Translations under genes and position numbers: made by a program
The notes under the pieces: model-generated
Told to the model about the DNA's origin: nothing
Seen by the model: only the letters and a program-made list of their open reading frames with translations
Database searches by the model: none
From: Gemmatimonas sp.
GTDB taxonomy: Bacteria > Gemmatimonadota > Gemmatimonadetes > Gemmatimonadales > Gemmatimonadaceae
DNA: 38,372 nucleotides
Reading direction: 5' to 3'
Assembly (NCBI GenBank): GCA_031414535.1
Contig: JANNVQ010000019.1
Span: 1 to 38,372, forward strand
Shown here: one piece after another, positions 16,623 to 25,674 of the stretch
How positions within the stretch are numbered: the stretch's first letter is position 1
Layout of the letters: each line of letters starts with the position of its first letter

Positions 16623-17060
16623 CTACGGTGCTGCCTCATTCCTCACCTGCTGCCGCCAGTCATCGGTTCGCTGCAGCGCGAGCGTCGAATCGCGACGGAA
16701 CTGGAAACCCATGGCCCATTCACCAGCCGTCACGAACATGATGGAGGTGCGGTAGGTGCCTGGCTCGGGGCCGTAGGTCAGGCCGTTATAGACCGTCTTG
16801 CGGTCGGAGTTGGTGGCAAAGAGTCTGCCCTCTCCATTCACGATGGGCTCGCGTGATTCCTTATCGTAAATCGTGATGACGTAGGAAATCCGCTCGAGCG
16901 CGCGGGGCGGGACGATGTCGGGCTTGAGTCGAATCTCGAAGTCGTCCGTCCAAAGGCGCACGAGACCCCGCTCGTCAAGCGGAGGACCGCCACAACTCGC
17001 GGCCGTCACCGCGAGAGCGGCCACGAGTAGGAGGGACCAGAGTTTGCTTACACGGGTCAT
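16623..17060 (-). CDS. hypothetical lipoprotein (YtkA/FixH-like Ig fold possible)
   Basis: Lipobox TAAS-C, PGTY....F..AGEW pattern, GGGGAG SD. Confidence 0.8.
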   Translation of the reverse strand: MTRVSKLWSLLLVAALAVTAASCGGPPLDERGLVRLWTDDFEIRLKPDIVPPRALERISYVITIYDKESREPIVNGEGRLFATNSDRKTVYNGLTYGPEPGTYRTSIMFVTAGEWAMGFQFRRDSTLALQRTDDWRQQVRNEAAP

Positions 17061-17112
17061 ACGGGACTCCCCACGGGGCAGGAAAACCGCGAACCCGTGT
17101 AAAATAGCGCAG

Positions 17113-17736
17113 TTACGTGGCTCGGGCGACGTGCCGGACGCGCTGGATTACGGTCCAGACCGCGGCGCTGGCCAACAGAATCACGACCCCCCGCAACACC
17201 CACCCGCCCCACATGAGTCCGAAGAAGGCTTGGGGGGCCGCCAGCAGGGTGATACGCTCCGGGCGTTCAAGGGCGCCAATGCCCTTCAGGTCCACGGCTA
17301 GGGCGTCGGCCTTTGCCCTCGTATACGAGGTGATCTGCACGGCGCTCAGGGCCAGCATGGCCACCGCAACCATCATCAAACTGTAATGCGGCCCCGGACT
17401 CGCGAAGAAAAAGGCAATACCACCAAAGAGCAGGGCGTCGGCGACGCGGTCCAACGTGGAGTCGAAGAACGACCCAAACACAGTGGCCTTGCCGCTGGCC
17501 CGGGCAACCGCGCCGTCAATCACGTCAAAAAAGGCGGTCAGGCCGAGCGTCCACCCGGCCGCGTGAATCCAGCCGGCTGCAAACATCGTGCCGGCAATGC
17601 CGCAGCAGACGGTACCCAGAACCGTCAGGGCGTTGGGAGAAATTCCCACGCGCACGCACCAAGCGATCACGGGCTTGGTGAGCCGCAGGTACCCGTCGCG
17701 GATGGCGTACCAGAGCGAAAGCGGAAACGAAGCCAT
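17113..17736 (-). CDS. CDP-alcohol phosphatidyltransferase (PIP-synthase-like)
   Basis: D-x2-DG-x2-AR-x8-G-x3-D-x3-DR signature; SPNALT, SYTRAKA, ERPER. Confidence 0.92.
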   Translation of the reverse strand: MASFPLSLWYAIRDGYLRLTKPVIAWCVRVGISPNALTVLGTVCCGIAGTMFAAGWIHAAGWTLGLTAFFDVIDGAVARASGKATVFGSFFDSTLDRVADALLFGGIAFFFASPGPHYSLMMVAVAMLALSAVQITSYTRAKADALAVDLKGIGALERPERITLLAAPQAFFGLMWGGWVLRGVVILLASAAVWTVIQRVRHVARAT

Positions 17737-19055
17737 TAGCGGTAGATCAAGTACTGTCGCGTGGCTCGCTGCCAGGCCACGAGACTCGGCATAAAGGAAT
17801 CAATGATCTCGTCGGGATCGGCGTTGCCGAGGAGTCCTTCACGAATCACGCTGGCCCCGCTGCGCTCGTCGAATCCGCGGGCCGTCAGTCGCAGGGAGTC
17901 CCCATGTTGCTTGGCCAGCACCTGCAGCACCGCAGCGGACACGCGCGCCATCTGCGCACGGTCACGGTCCTCGATGATGATTTTCACACCCGGGATGGCA
18001 CGGCCACCAAACTTGTTGTCGGTCGGATTGCGCGGCGTGAAGCGCTCGGCCTCAAAGCGCACGCCATTCATGAAGCGGTCGTTCAAGAGCGCCGCCACGC
18101 GCTCGGCGTTCATCCAGGGCGCACCGAATCGCTGGAATGGTGCATCGGTGCCTCGGCCGACGGATACGTTGCTCGCCTCGAAGGGCACGAGCGCCGGATA
18201 CACCAAAGCGCTCAGCGGCGAGACCATCGCAGGCGAGGGCACAATCCATGGGAGCTTGGTCTCGTCCCACCACATGGAACGCCGCCACCCTGCCACGGGA
18301 ATGACATGCAGTTGCACGGGAATCTTCAACTCGCCCGCGAAAAAGCGCGCGAGCTCACCCATCGTCATACCATGCCTGAGTGGGGCTGGGTATAATGCGT
18401 AAGCCTTGCCGCGTCGCTCGGGCGTGGGATCGTTGGGATTCGCGATGGCCGAATCCAGCAACGGCCCCTCCACACGACCGGTGAGGGGATTCGGTCGGTC
18501 CAGCACGACAAAAGGAATGCCCACACGCGCCGCGGCGCGCATCGCGTAGACCATCACGCCCACATAGGTCCAGGTACGCGTGCCGATGTCTTGCAAATCA
18601 AAGACGAGTGCGTCGAGATCGCGGAGCAAGGAGTCCGGGGGCGGAATTGTCTCGCGGGCATACAGCGAGTGCACCGTGAGCCCAGAGCGTTGGTCCACTT
18701 CGTCCGGCAAATCAGGGCGATCCGCCGTGCCACGGATGCCGTGCTCAGGGGAAAACAATCGCACGAGGCGAATGTTGGCCCTCGTCGCGCGCGGATCGGA
18801 CTGCAGCAGGTCCACGTCGCTGCGGCCCTCGGCGTCTACGCCCGTCTGGTTGGAGATGAGCGCGATTCGCTTGCCGGCCACGACGTCCAAGGAATCATCG
18901 AGCAGCACGTTGATGCCGGGCCGCACTACCTCGGCTTCACGCGCGGCTTCACGCGCCGCCACTCGCGACGGACGCGCATCTTGGGCCCGCGGCGATGGCG
19001 CGCAGGCCGCCATGCTCGCGATCATCAGCAGTCCTCTTAATCCCACGCGCTTCAT
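17736..19055 (-). CDS. namZ: exo-beta-N-acetylmuramidase NamZ (DUF1343), lipoprotein
   Basis: NQTG, LFSPEHGIRG, SLY, FDLQDIGTR..TY, LDRPNP, RHGMTMGELA, SVGRGT..PF..FGAPW. Lipoprotein signal MKRVGLRGLLMIASMAA-C. Confidence 0.92.
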   Translation of the reverse strand: MKRVGLRGLLMIASMAACAPSPRAQDARPSRVAAREAAREAEVVRPGINVLLDDSLDVVAGKRIALISNQTGVDAEGRSDVDLLQSDPRATRANIRLVRLFSPEHGIRGTADRPDLPDEVDQRSGLTVHSLYARETIPPPDSLLRDLDALVFDLQDIGTRTWTYVGVMVYAMRAAARVGIPFVVLDRPNPLTGRVEGPLLDSAIANPNDPTPERRGKAYALYPAPLRHGMTMGELARFFAGELKIPVQLHVIPVAGWRRSMWWDETKLPWIVPSPAMVSPLSALVYPALVPFEASNVSVGRGTDAPFQRFGAPWMNAERVAALLNDRFMNGVRFEAERFTPRNPTDNKFGGRAIPGVKIIIEDRDRAQMARVSAAVLQVLAKQHGDSLRLTARGFDERSGASVIREGLLGNADPDEIIDSFMPSLVAWQRATRQYLIYR

Positions 19056-19061
19056 CTCCTG

Positions 19062-21998
19062 ATGCGTCACTCACCCCTCCGTGCGGCCCTCGCGGGCCTC
19101 GTCCTCGCCTCGTGCATCCGGCTCTCGCCGGCGCCAGCACCGGCCGTCATAGAGCGCGTAACGGTTCCCGATGTTGAACCGGTTGCGGTGCCTTGGTCCA
19201 TTCATACCCTCAAGCCTTCCCTGAGCGCGCCGCTTCCGAACGAAGCCGAGACGTGGATGGATGCCACCATCGCGGCGATGTCCCTGCGCGAGCAAGTCGG
19301 CCAGATGGTGTTCATCTGGGTGCTGGGGGATTATACAAGCTCCAGCGACTCATCGTTCATCCTCGCGGTGGAACGCATTCGCCGCGATCGTGTGGGCGGC
19401 GTCGTGATGTCACTGGGCTCGCCAATTGAAGTCGCGGAAAAAGTGAACGCACTGCAGCGGCAGTCGTCTCTTCCGTTGCTGGTGACCTCGGACGTGGAGC
19501 CCGGGCTCGGCCGCCTTGAGGGCGGCGTGTTCTCACCCGGGACACTGGCCGCCGGATCCGCCACGGTGTTGCCAAGCAACATGGCCATTGGCGCGACGCG
19601 TCGGATTGAACACGCACGCGAGGCGGGCCGCATCACGGGTGAGGAGTCACGGGCGGTTGGCATTCACCTGGCCTTCGCGCCGACGGTGGATGTGAACAAC
19701 AATCCCGCCAATCCGGTAATCAACGTGCGCTCCTTCGGCGAGGATCCGCTGCTGGTCGCGGCGATGGGCACGGCCTTTGTTGAAGGCATGCAGGAAGTGG
19801 GCGTAGCAGCGACGATCAAGCACTTCCCGGGACACGGCGACACGGACACCGATTCGCACAATGCATTGCCCGTGGTGATGGCTTCGCAGGAACGACTGTA
19901 CGCTCTGGAGTTGGTGCCCTTCCGTTCGGCGATTGACGCCGGCGTGGCGGCGGTGATGAGTGCGCACATCGCGCTGCCTTCCATCACGCAGGACCGCACC
20001 CCCGCCACCTTGTCGCCAGCCATCATGACTGGATTGCTCCGCGACTCGCTGGGATTCCGCGGTCTCGTGGTAACTGACGCCATGGATATGCGCGGCGTGG
20101 GCTCAGGCTACGACAACGCCACCAGCGCCACGCTGGCCGTGAAAGCCGGCGCTGACGTGCTGCTCATGCCACCCGATGTGCCAGTGGCCATCGAGGCCGT
20201 CGCTACCGCCGTCGAGCGCGGCGAAATCCCCGCGTCGCGCATCACCGAGAGCGTGCGACGCATTCTCGCGCTCAAACTGCGCACCGGTGCCATCCAGCGG
20301 CCCATCGTGCCGCTCGACTCCCTGCGCGACGTGGTGGGCCAGCGTGCCCACCGCGCGCGCGCACAAATCATCGCCGAGGACGCCATCACGCTGTTGCGCG
20401 ATAGCACTCGGGCGCTCCCGCTCGCCACCACCGAACCGACGCTGGTGCTGACCTACGCGGCCGAGAACGACGTGCTGGCCGGCCGGCCCTTCACGGCCGA
20501 GATGCGCAGTGCCCTCCTCAGCATGCGCAGCGCACGAATCACGCCGGCAACGCCACGCTCACGCTTGGATTCCCTCGTGCGCAACCGCACCGAGCGCCTC
20601 GTCATCGCAACGTTCGTGAGGACCATTGAAGGCGAAGGACGCTTTGCCATTGCCGAGCACGTGGCCAAGTGGGTTGATTCGGTCGCGGCCACGCGCCCCG
20701 TCAACGTGGTGGCGTTCTCTAGCCCGTATGTGTTGCGCGAGATTCCCCGCGTGAGTGGGTTTGTCGCGGCATATGGGCGCGGTGATGCCATGGAGCGCGC
20801 CGCCGCGCGTGCCATCACTGGGCAAAGCCCGATGCGCGGCGTTACCCCCACATCGCTGCCAGGATTCTTCGCGGCCGGTGTGCCCTACAGCGCGCCGCTA
20901 CCTCGCTGGGCAGCCAGCGTCACGGACTCCGTGCGCCGCATCATGGAGAAAGCGCTGCGCGACTCGGTGTTCCCCGGTGGCATCGCGCTGATTGGCACGC
21001 GCACCGGCATCGTGAGCGAGATTGCCGTGGGCAGGCTGGATCGCGACGTGAGCTCGGCGAGCGTGGATGCCCAGACCATCTGGGACATCGCCTCGCTCAC
21101 GAAAGTGGTGGGCATGACAACCGCGATGATGCAGCTAGTAGAGCACCGCCACGTGGACCTCGACGCCCCGGTTCAGCGGTACATCCCCGAGTGGCAGGGG
21201 CCAAACAAAGACAAGGTGACGGTTCGCCATCTGCTCACGCACACGAGTGGTTTGCCGGCGCATCGCACGCTCTGGCTCGACAGCGAGTCGGCGGACGAAG
21301 CGCGGCGCCTCGTGCTCGCGACACCACTCGATACCCTGCCCGGCCTGCGCTACGTGTACTCAGACCTCGGCGCGATGATTGCCGGCTGGGTGATTGAGCG
21401 AGTGAGTGGGAGCACGCTCGATGTGTACCTCGCAGCCAAAGTGTTTGGGCCGCTCAAGATGACGGACACGCGCTACCATCCGGACGCCGCTGCAATCGAT
21501 CGCACGGCGCCCACCGAAATAGACCCTTGGCGCGGCCGACATCTGCGCGGCGAAGTCCACGATGAGAACGCATTCCGCCTTGGCGGCGTCTCGGCCCACG
21601 CGGGCTTGTTCAGCACCGGGCACGATCTCAGCCACTTCGCGCAGATGCTGCTCAACGGCGGCGAACTCGGCGGCGCACACATCGTGAAGCCACAGACTAT
21701 CCGCGATTTCACGCGTGTGCAGGATGTCACCATCTCTCACCGCGCCCTCGGATGGGAAACCCCCAACGGTACGAATTCGGCCGGGACCCTGATGCAGCGC
21801 CCCGCGTTTGGGCACACCGGCTTCACTGGGACCTCGTTCTGGGTGGATCCGGCCAATGACTTGTTCATTATCATCCTCACGAACCGGGTGAATCCCAGCC
21901 GAGTTAACTCCCGCATCGGTCCGGTTCGCACCGGAATTGCCGATATCACCACGCGGGGCGCCGCCGCCGCCCGATCGGCCTCCCGGGGCACCCCCTGA
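19062..21998 (+). CDS. GH3 beta-N-acetylglucosaminidase (NagZ-like) fused to a beta-lactamase-family serine hydrolase (AmiE-like), lipoprotein
   Basis: FAP.VDVN.NP.NPVIN.RSFG, KHFPGHGDT..DSH, VTDAMDM; C-terminal SLTK, LLTHTSG, YSD, GHTGFTG; lipobox LAS-C. Confidence 0.94.
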   Translation: MRHSPLRAALAGLVLASCIRLSPAPAPAVIERVTVPDVEPVAVPWSIHTLKPSLSAPLPNEAETWMDATIAAMSLREQVGQMVFIWVLGDYTSSSDSSFILAVERIRRDRVGGVVMSLGSPIEVAEKVNALQRQSSLPLLVTSDVEPGLGRLEGGVFSPGTLAAGSATVLPSNMAIGATRRIEHAREAGRITGEESRAVGIHLAFAPTVDVNNNPANPVINVRSFGEDPLLVAAMGTAFVEGMQEVGVAATIKHFPGHGDTDTDSHNALPVVMASQERLYALELVPFRSAIDAGVAAVMSAHIALPSITQDRTPATLSPAIMTGLLRDSLGFRGLVVTDAMDMRGVGSGYDNATSATLAVKAGADVLLMPPDVPVAIEAVATAVERGEIPASRITESVRRILALKLRTGAIQRPIVPLDSLRDVVGQRAHRARAQIIAEDAITLLRDSTRALPLATTEPTLVLTYAAENDVLAGRPFTAEMRSALLSMRSARITPATPRSRLDSLVRNRTERLVIATFVRTIEGEGRFAIAEHVAKWVDSVAATRPVNVVAFSSPYVLREIPRVSGFVAAYGRGDAMERAAARAITGQSPMRGVTPTSLPGFFAAGVPYSAPLPRWAASVTDSVRRIMEKALRDSVFPGGIALIGTRTGIVSEIAVGRLDRDVSSASVDAQTIWDIASLTKVVGMTTAMMQLVEHRHVDLDAPVQRYIPEWQGPNKDKVTVRHLLTHTSGLPAHRTLWLDSESADEARRLVLATPLDTLPGLRYVYSDLGAMIAGWVIERVSGSTLDVYLAAKVFGPLKMTDTRYHPDAAAIDRTAPTEIDPWRGRHLRGEVHDENAFRLGGVSAHAGLFSTGHDLSHFAQMLLNGGELGGAHIVKPQTIRDFTRVQDVTISHRALGWETPNGTNSAGTLMQRPAFGHTGFTGTSFWVDPANDLFIIILTNRVNPSRVNSRIGPVRTGIADITTRGAAAARSASRGTP

Positions 21999-21999
21999 C

Positions 22000-22042
22000 T
22001 TGTCAGCGGAACCCCGAGCCATATATTCCGGATTAGATAATC
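22000..22042 (+). promoter_or_regulatory. putative promoter and operator of the A-type Fe-S carrier gene
   Basis: TTGTCA-16 nt-TATATT followed by the inverted repeat GATTA-GA-TAATC. Confidence 0.5.
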
Positions 22043-22088
22043 GCAGTGGCGAAGGACCTCGCCCCAATGGAACCCTAGGAGGGATCCC

Positions 22089-22445
22089 GTGAGCACCATG
22101 AACACCCCCGAAGTGCTGGTCAACATCACCCCGGCCGCTGGCGCCGAGGTCGCGAAGTTCATGCAGGCCGAGAACGTGACACCCGAGGCGGGTGGTCTGC
22201 GCGTGGCCGTGCAGCCGGGTGGCTGCTCTGGCTTCAAGTACAGCCTCCTGATTGAAGACAAGCCGGCTGATGACGATACCGTCATCTCGCAGGGCGGCTT
22301 CAACCTCTTCGTGGACCCGTTCTCGATGCAGTACCTGTCCGGCGTCACGATTGACTACGTGACCTCGATGCAGGGCTCGGGCTTCACGTTCAAGAACCCG
22401 AACGCGAGCGGCGGCTGCGGCTGCGGGTCGAGCTTCTCGGCGTAA
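22089..22445 (+). CDS. A-type Fe-S cluster carrier (HesB/IscA/ErpA family)
   Basis: GGCSGFKY, VDPFS..YL.G..IDY, F.F.NPNA.GGCGCGSSF; AGGAGG SD. Confidence 0.97.
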   Translation: MSTMNTPEVLVNITPAAGAEVAKFMQAENVTPEAGGLRVAVQPGGCSGFKYSLLIEDKPADDDTVISQGGFNLFVDPFSMQYLSGVTIDYVTSMQGSGFTFKNPNASGGCGCGSSFSA

Positions 22446-22462
22446 GCGATTGTGATTGGCTG

Positions 22463-22501
22463 AAAAAGGCGGGCGTCCCTAGGGGCGCCCGTTCTTGTTT
22501 T
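22463..22501 (+). terminator. intrinsic terminator
   Basis: CGGGCGTCC-CTAG-GGGCGCCCG followed by TTCTTGTTTT, with an A-tract on the other side. Confidence 0.7.
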
Positions 22502-22517
22502 CCGCCATCTTTGTCCG

Positions 22518-24032
22518 ATGCCAACGTCCTCTGGCTTCACGGCCCTCGACTGGATTGTCCTTGTTTTCTATTTGATTGCCACCAGCGCCATTGGCGTGTG
22601 GCTCGGGCGCGGACAAAAGAACGCCAAAGACTATTTCGTGGCGGGTGGTGACATCCCGTGGTGGGCGGTGTTGTTCTCCATCGTGGCCACGGAGACGAGC
22701 GCGCTCACCTTCATCTCAATTCCCGGCCTCGCCTACCTCGGCGACTTCACGTTTCTGCAGGTCGCCTGCGGATACTTGCTCGGCCGCATTGTCGTGGCGT
22801 ATACGCTGCTGCCCCGATACTTCGAGGGGAATCTGGTGACGGCGTACGCGCTGCTCGAGCAGCGCTTTGGCTTGGCCACGCGGAGATTTGCCAGCGTCAC
22901 GTTTATGGTGACTCGCGCCTTTGGCGATTCCGTACGGCTGTTTGCGACATCTATTCCCGTGGCGCTGATTCTTGCCGGCGTGCTTCCGCCCGAGTGGGCA
23001 GCGCCTGGTTCCATCCTCGTGCTGAGCGTGTTCACGCTCTACTACACGTATCACGGCGGCATTCGCGCCGTCGTCTGGACGGACGTGATTCAGACGGGCG
23101 TGTACCTGGCGGGCGGAGTGGGTGCCCTGTTCCTCATCGCAAACGGCGTGGAAGGTGGCTGGTCGCGCATCCTCACAGACGCGGCGGCACAGGATAAGCT
23201 CCGACTTTTTGACCTCTCGCTCGGGCTCGACAAGCCGCACACGCTGATTGCTGGCCTGCTCGGCGGCGCCTTCCTCGCGATGGCGTCGCACGGCGCCGAC
23301 CAGATTATCGTGCAGCGCCTGCTCACCGCCAACTCGCTCAGCGATGCGCGCAAGGCTCTGATTGGCAGCGGTTTCGCGGTAATCGCGCAATTCACACTAT
23401 TCCTGTTCATCGGCCTCGGGCTCTGGTCGTACTATGAAGCGCGCGTGTTTCCCGTTCCGGATCGCATCTTCCCGACCTTCATCATCGAAGGTATGCCGCC
23501 GGGCATGACGGGCATCGTGATTGCCGCGATTCTCGCCGCGGCGATGAGCACCGTGAGCGGATCGCTCAATGCCCTTGCCGCCGCGACCCTGCACGACCTC
23601 TACACGCCACTGCGTGGCGCGCCGAGCGATGCGGAGGCCCTCCGGCTCTCGCGTCTGTTCACGCTCCTCTGGGGGGTGGTGCTCGTAAGCGCTGCCCTTC
23701 TGTACAAGGCCGAGGGCACGCCCGTGGTAGTGATTGCGCTCTCTATTGCGTCGTTCACTTACGGCGGGCTGCTGGGCGGATTTTTCCTCGCAATGCTCTG
23801 GCCGCGCGCCATCCAACGGGATGCCATAACGGGCATGGCCGTGGGTATCTTTACTATGAGCATCGTGGTGTTTGCGGGGCGGATTGGCGCGGCCTTCCCT
23901 GCCCTCGCCGGGCCGCTCGCTCCCGTGACAGGCATCGCGTGGCCGTGGTTCGTGTTGATTGGCAGCACGGTGACGCTCAGTACCGGAATTCTTTCGTCAT
24001 TCACGCACGCCGCCCCGGCGCGCGCGTCCTGA
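22518..24032 (+). CDS. sodium:solute symporter (SSS/SLC5), probable amino-sugar importer
   Basis: DYF.AG..IPWW.V..SIVATETSALTFIS.PG, AVVWTDVIQ, DQ..VQR.L, AAAMST. The substrate is inferred from neighbouring genes. Confidence 0.93.
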   Translation: MPTSSGFTALDWIVLVFYLIATSAIGVWLGRGQKNAKDYFVAGGDIPWWAVLFSIVATETSALTFISIPGLAYLGDFTFLQVACGYLLGRIVVAYTLLPRYFEGNLVTAYALLEQRFGLATRRFASVTFMVTRAFGDSVRLFATSIPVALILAGVLPPEWAAPGSILVLSVFTLYYTYHGGIRAVVWTDVIQTGVYLAGGVGALFLIANGVEGGWSRILTDAAAQDKLRLFDLSLGLDKPHTLIAGLLGGAFLAMASHGADQIIVQRLLTANSLSDARKALIGSGFAVIAQFTLFLFIGLGLWSYYEARVFPVPDRIFPTFIIEGMPPGMTGIVIAAILAAAMSTVSGSLNALAAATLHDLYTPLRGAPSDAEALRLSRLFTLLWGVVLVSAALLYKAEGTPVVVIALSIASFTYGGLLGGFFLAMLWPRAIQRDAITGMAVGIFTMSIVVFAGRIGAAFPALAGPLAPVTGIAWPWFVLIGSTVTLSTGILSSFTHAAPARAS

Positions 24033-24060
24033 TTTCGTCCCCTAGCGACTCTCCCAGGCA

Positions 24061-24996
24061 ATGGCTCAGATCGTCGTCGGCGTAGATGGTGGTGGTAGCA
24101 AGACCCAAGTGATCGTCTCCACACCGCGTGGCAAAGTGCTCGCCGATGTGACGGGCGAAGGTTCTGCGGTGCGGCCTGGTGAGGCACTTAGTTCTGCCGA
24201 GGTCATTGGAGCGCTCGTGCGCGATGCACTCGCGCAGGCCGAAATTTCGGACCGCCCCGGCGTGCTCGTGGCGGGCATCGCGGGCGTGGGCCGTGAGAAG
24301 GAGCATAAGGCCCTGCTTCGCGCGCTCCGCGGCGAATCGCTCGCCGATGAAATCCGCGTGGTGCCTGACGCCGAAATTGCCTTGACCGATGCCTTCGGCA
24401 TTGAGGGCGCCGGTATCCTCCTCATCTCCGGCACGGGCTCCGTGGCCTTCGGCCGTGGCCCGACGGGCACCTTACGCCGCTGCGGCGGATGGGGCCCGAA
24501 CGCCGGCGACGAAGGCAGCGGCGCGTGGATTGGCCGTCGTGCCTTGAGCGTCGTGACGTCGAGCGCCGACGAGCGCGAGCCAGAGACGCGCCTCACGGGC
24601 GCGCTGATGACTGCGCTCGAGCTTGAGACGATTGACGACATCATTCCGTGGGCGGCGAAGGCGGCGCCCAAGGATCTCGCCGCACTCGCTGTGCACGTGA
24701 CCACGCTCGCCGCTGATCGCGACCTGCGTGCGAACTCCATTTGCACGCTCGCGGCCGAGGAGTTAGTGCTACACGTCCGCACCTTGGCCCGTCAACTCTT
24801 TATGGATGAGCGCGCCGCGGTGCCCGTGGCACTGGCCGGTGGGATGCTCAAGCGCGGCCAGTTCCTGCGCCGCATCGTCGAGCATCGTTTGAAGACGGCC
24901 GTGCCCGGTGCCGAGTTGCGTGGCGAGGAAGTGATTCCGGCTCGCGGAGCCGTGAAACTGGCTGCCGCCGCGCTGAAGGTGACGGCAACAGCTTAG
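24061..24996 (+). CDS. BadF/BadG-type N-acetylglucosamine/N-acetylmuramate kinase (MurK-like)
   Basis: GVDGGGSKT, GIAG, DA..A, ISGTGS, GGWG...GDEGSG.WIG. Confidence 0.92.
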   Translation: MAQIVVGVDGGGSKTQVIVSTPRGKVLADVTGEGSAVRPGEALSSAEVIGALVRDALAQAEISDRPGVLVAGIAGVGREKEHKALLRALRGESLADEIRVVPDAEIALTDAFGIEGAGILLISGTGSVAFGRGPTGTLRRCGGWGPNAGDEGSGAWIGRRALSVVTSSADEREPETRLTGALMTALELETIDDIIPWAAKAAPKDLAALAVHVTTLAADRDLRANSICTLAAEELVLHVRTLARQLFMDERAAVPVALAGGMLKRGQFLRRIVEHRLKTAVPGAELRGEEVIPARGAVKLAAAALKVTATA

Positions 24997-25029
24997 GGTT
25001 CGCAGCGTTCCGTACAAGGCTCCGTGGCG

Positions 25030-25674
25030 CTAGTCGGCGAGTCCTTCTCGCTCAAGGAACCGTTGGGCGCATTCAGGGCAGTAGCCGTGGCTCAAGAACC
25101 GCGCATTGCGCTGCAGAAAGTCCACAATGCTGCCCCATTGGCGGCCCTCGCGAACATTGCCGCAGTCCATACAAATAGGCAGCACGTCAGCCAACCGCTC
25201 CAACATCCAGTGGCTGGCAGCTGTCTCGGCGATCGATTCCTCGAGTTGACGCTTCGCGATTTCGAGTTCGTCGGTGCGGGACTGGAGCTTCTCGGCGAAG
25301 TCAGTGGCGCGCCGACGGGCCTCTTGGATGTCCGCCTCCCACTGCTCACGGCGCTGCATGCGGACAATCACTGCGGTGATTCGCGGTCCCTCTTCGCGAT
25401 CGCGATTCATGCTCGCGTTGACAAGCACTGGCACCTCCGCTCTGGCGCCGCGCAGGCGTAGGAATATCTCGTCGATGCGTGTGCGTACACTGAACGCGGG
25501 CAACACCTGCGATTCCCACAATACGCGGCTGCCCGCGGTAAGGAACTCACCGAAGAGGCCGCCTGCCTCGGGGGGCGCGGGATGGCCCAGCAGTTGTGCA
25601 AACTCCTCGTCCGCCGCGATAATGGAGCCATTCGCTTGCATGTGCAGGACGGCGCAGGGAAGGTTCGGCGACAC
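25030..25674 (-). CDS. RsbP-type PAS domain + coiled coil + C-terminal CxxC...SHGxCPxC putative Zn domain
   Basis: PCAVL..ANG.I..A...F..LLG, LT.GSR..WE....P, VPVLVN; E/R-rich helix; LPICMDC..VR....W...SHGYCPEC. Confidence 0.85.
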   Translation of the reverse strand: MSPNLPCAVLHMQANGSIIAADEEFAQLLGHPAPPEAGGLFGEFLTAGSRVLWESQVLPAFSVRTRIDEIFLRLRGARAEVPVLVNASMNRDREEGPRITAVIVRMQRREQWEADIQEARRRATDFAEKLQSRTDELEIAKRQLEESIAETAASHWMLERLADVLPICMDCGNVREGRQWGSIVDFLQRNARFLSHGYCPECAQRFLEREGLAD

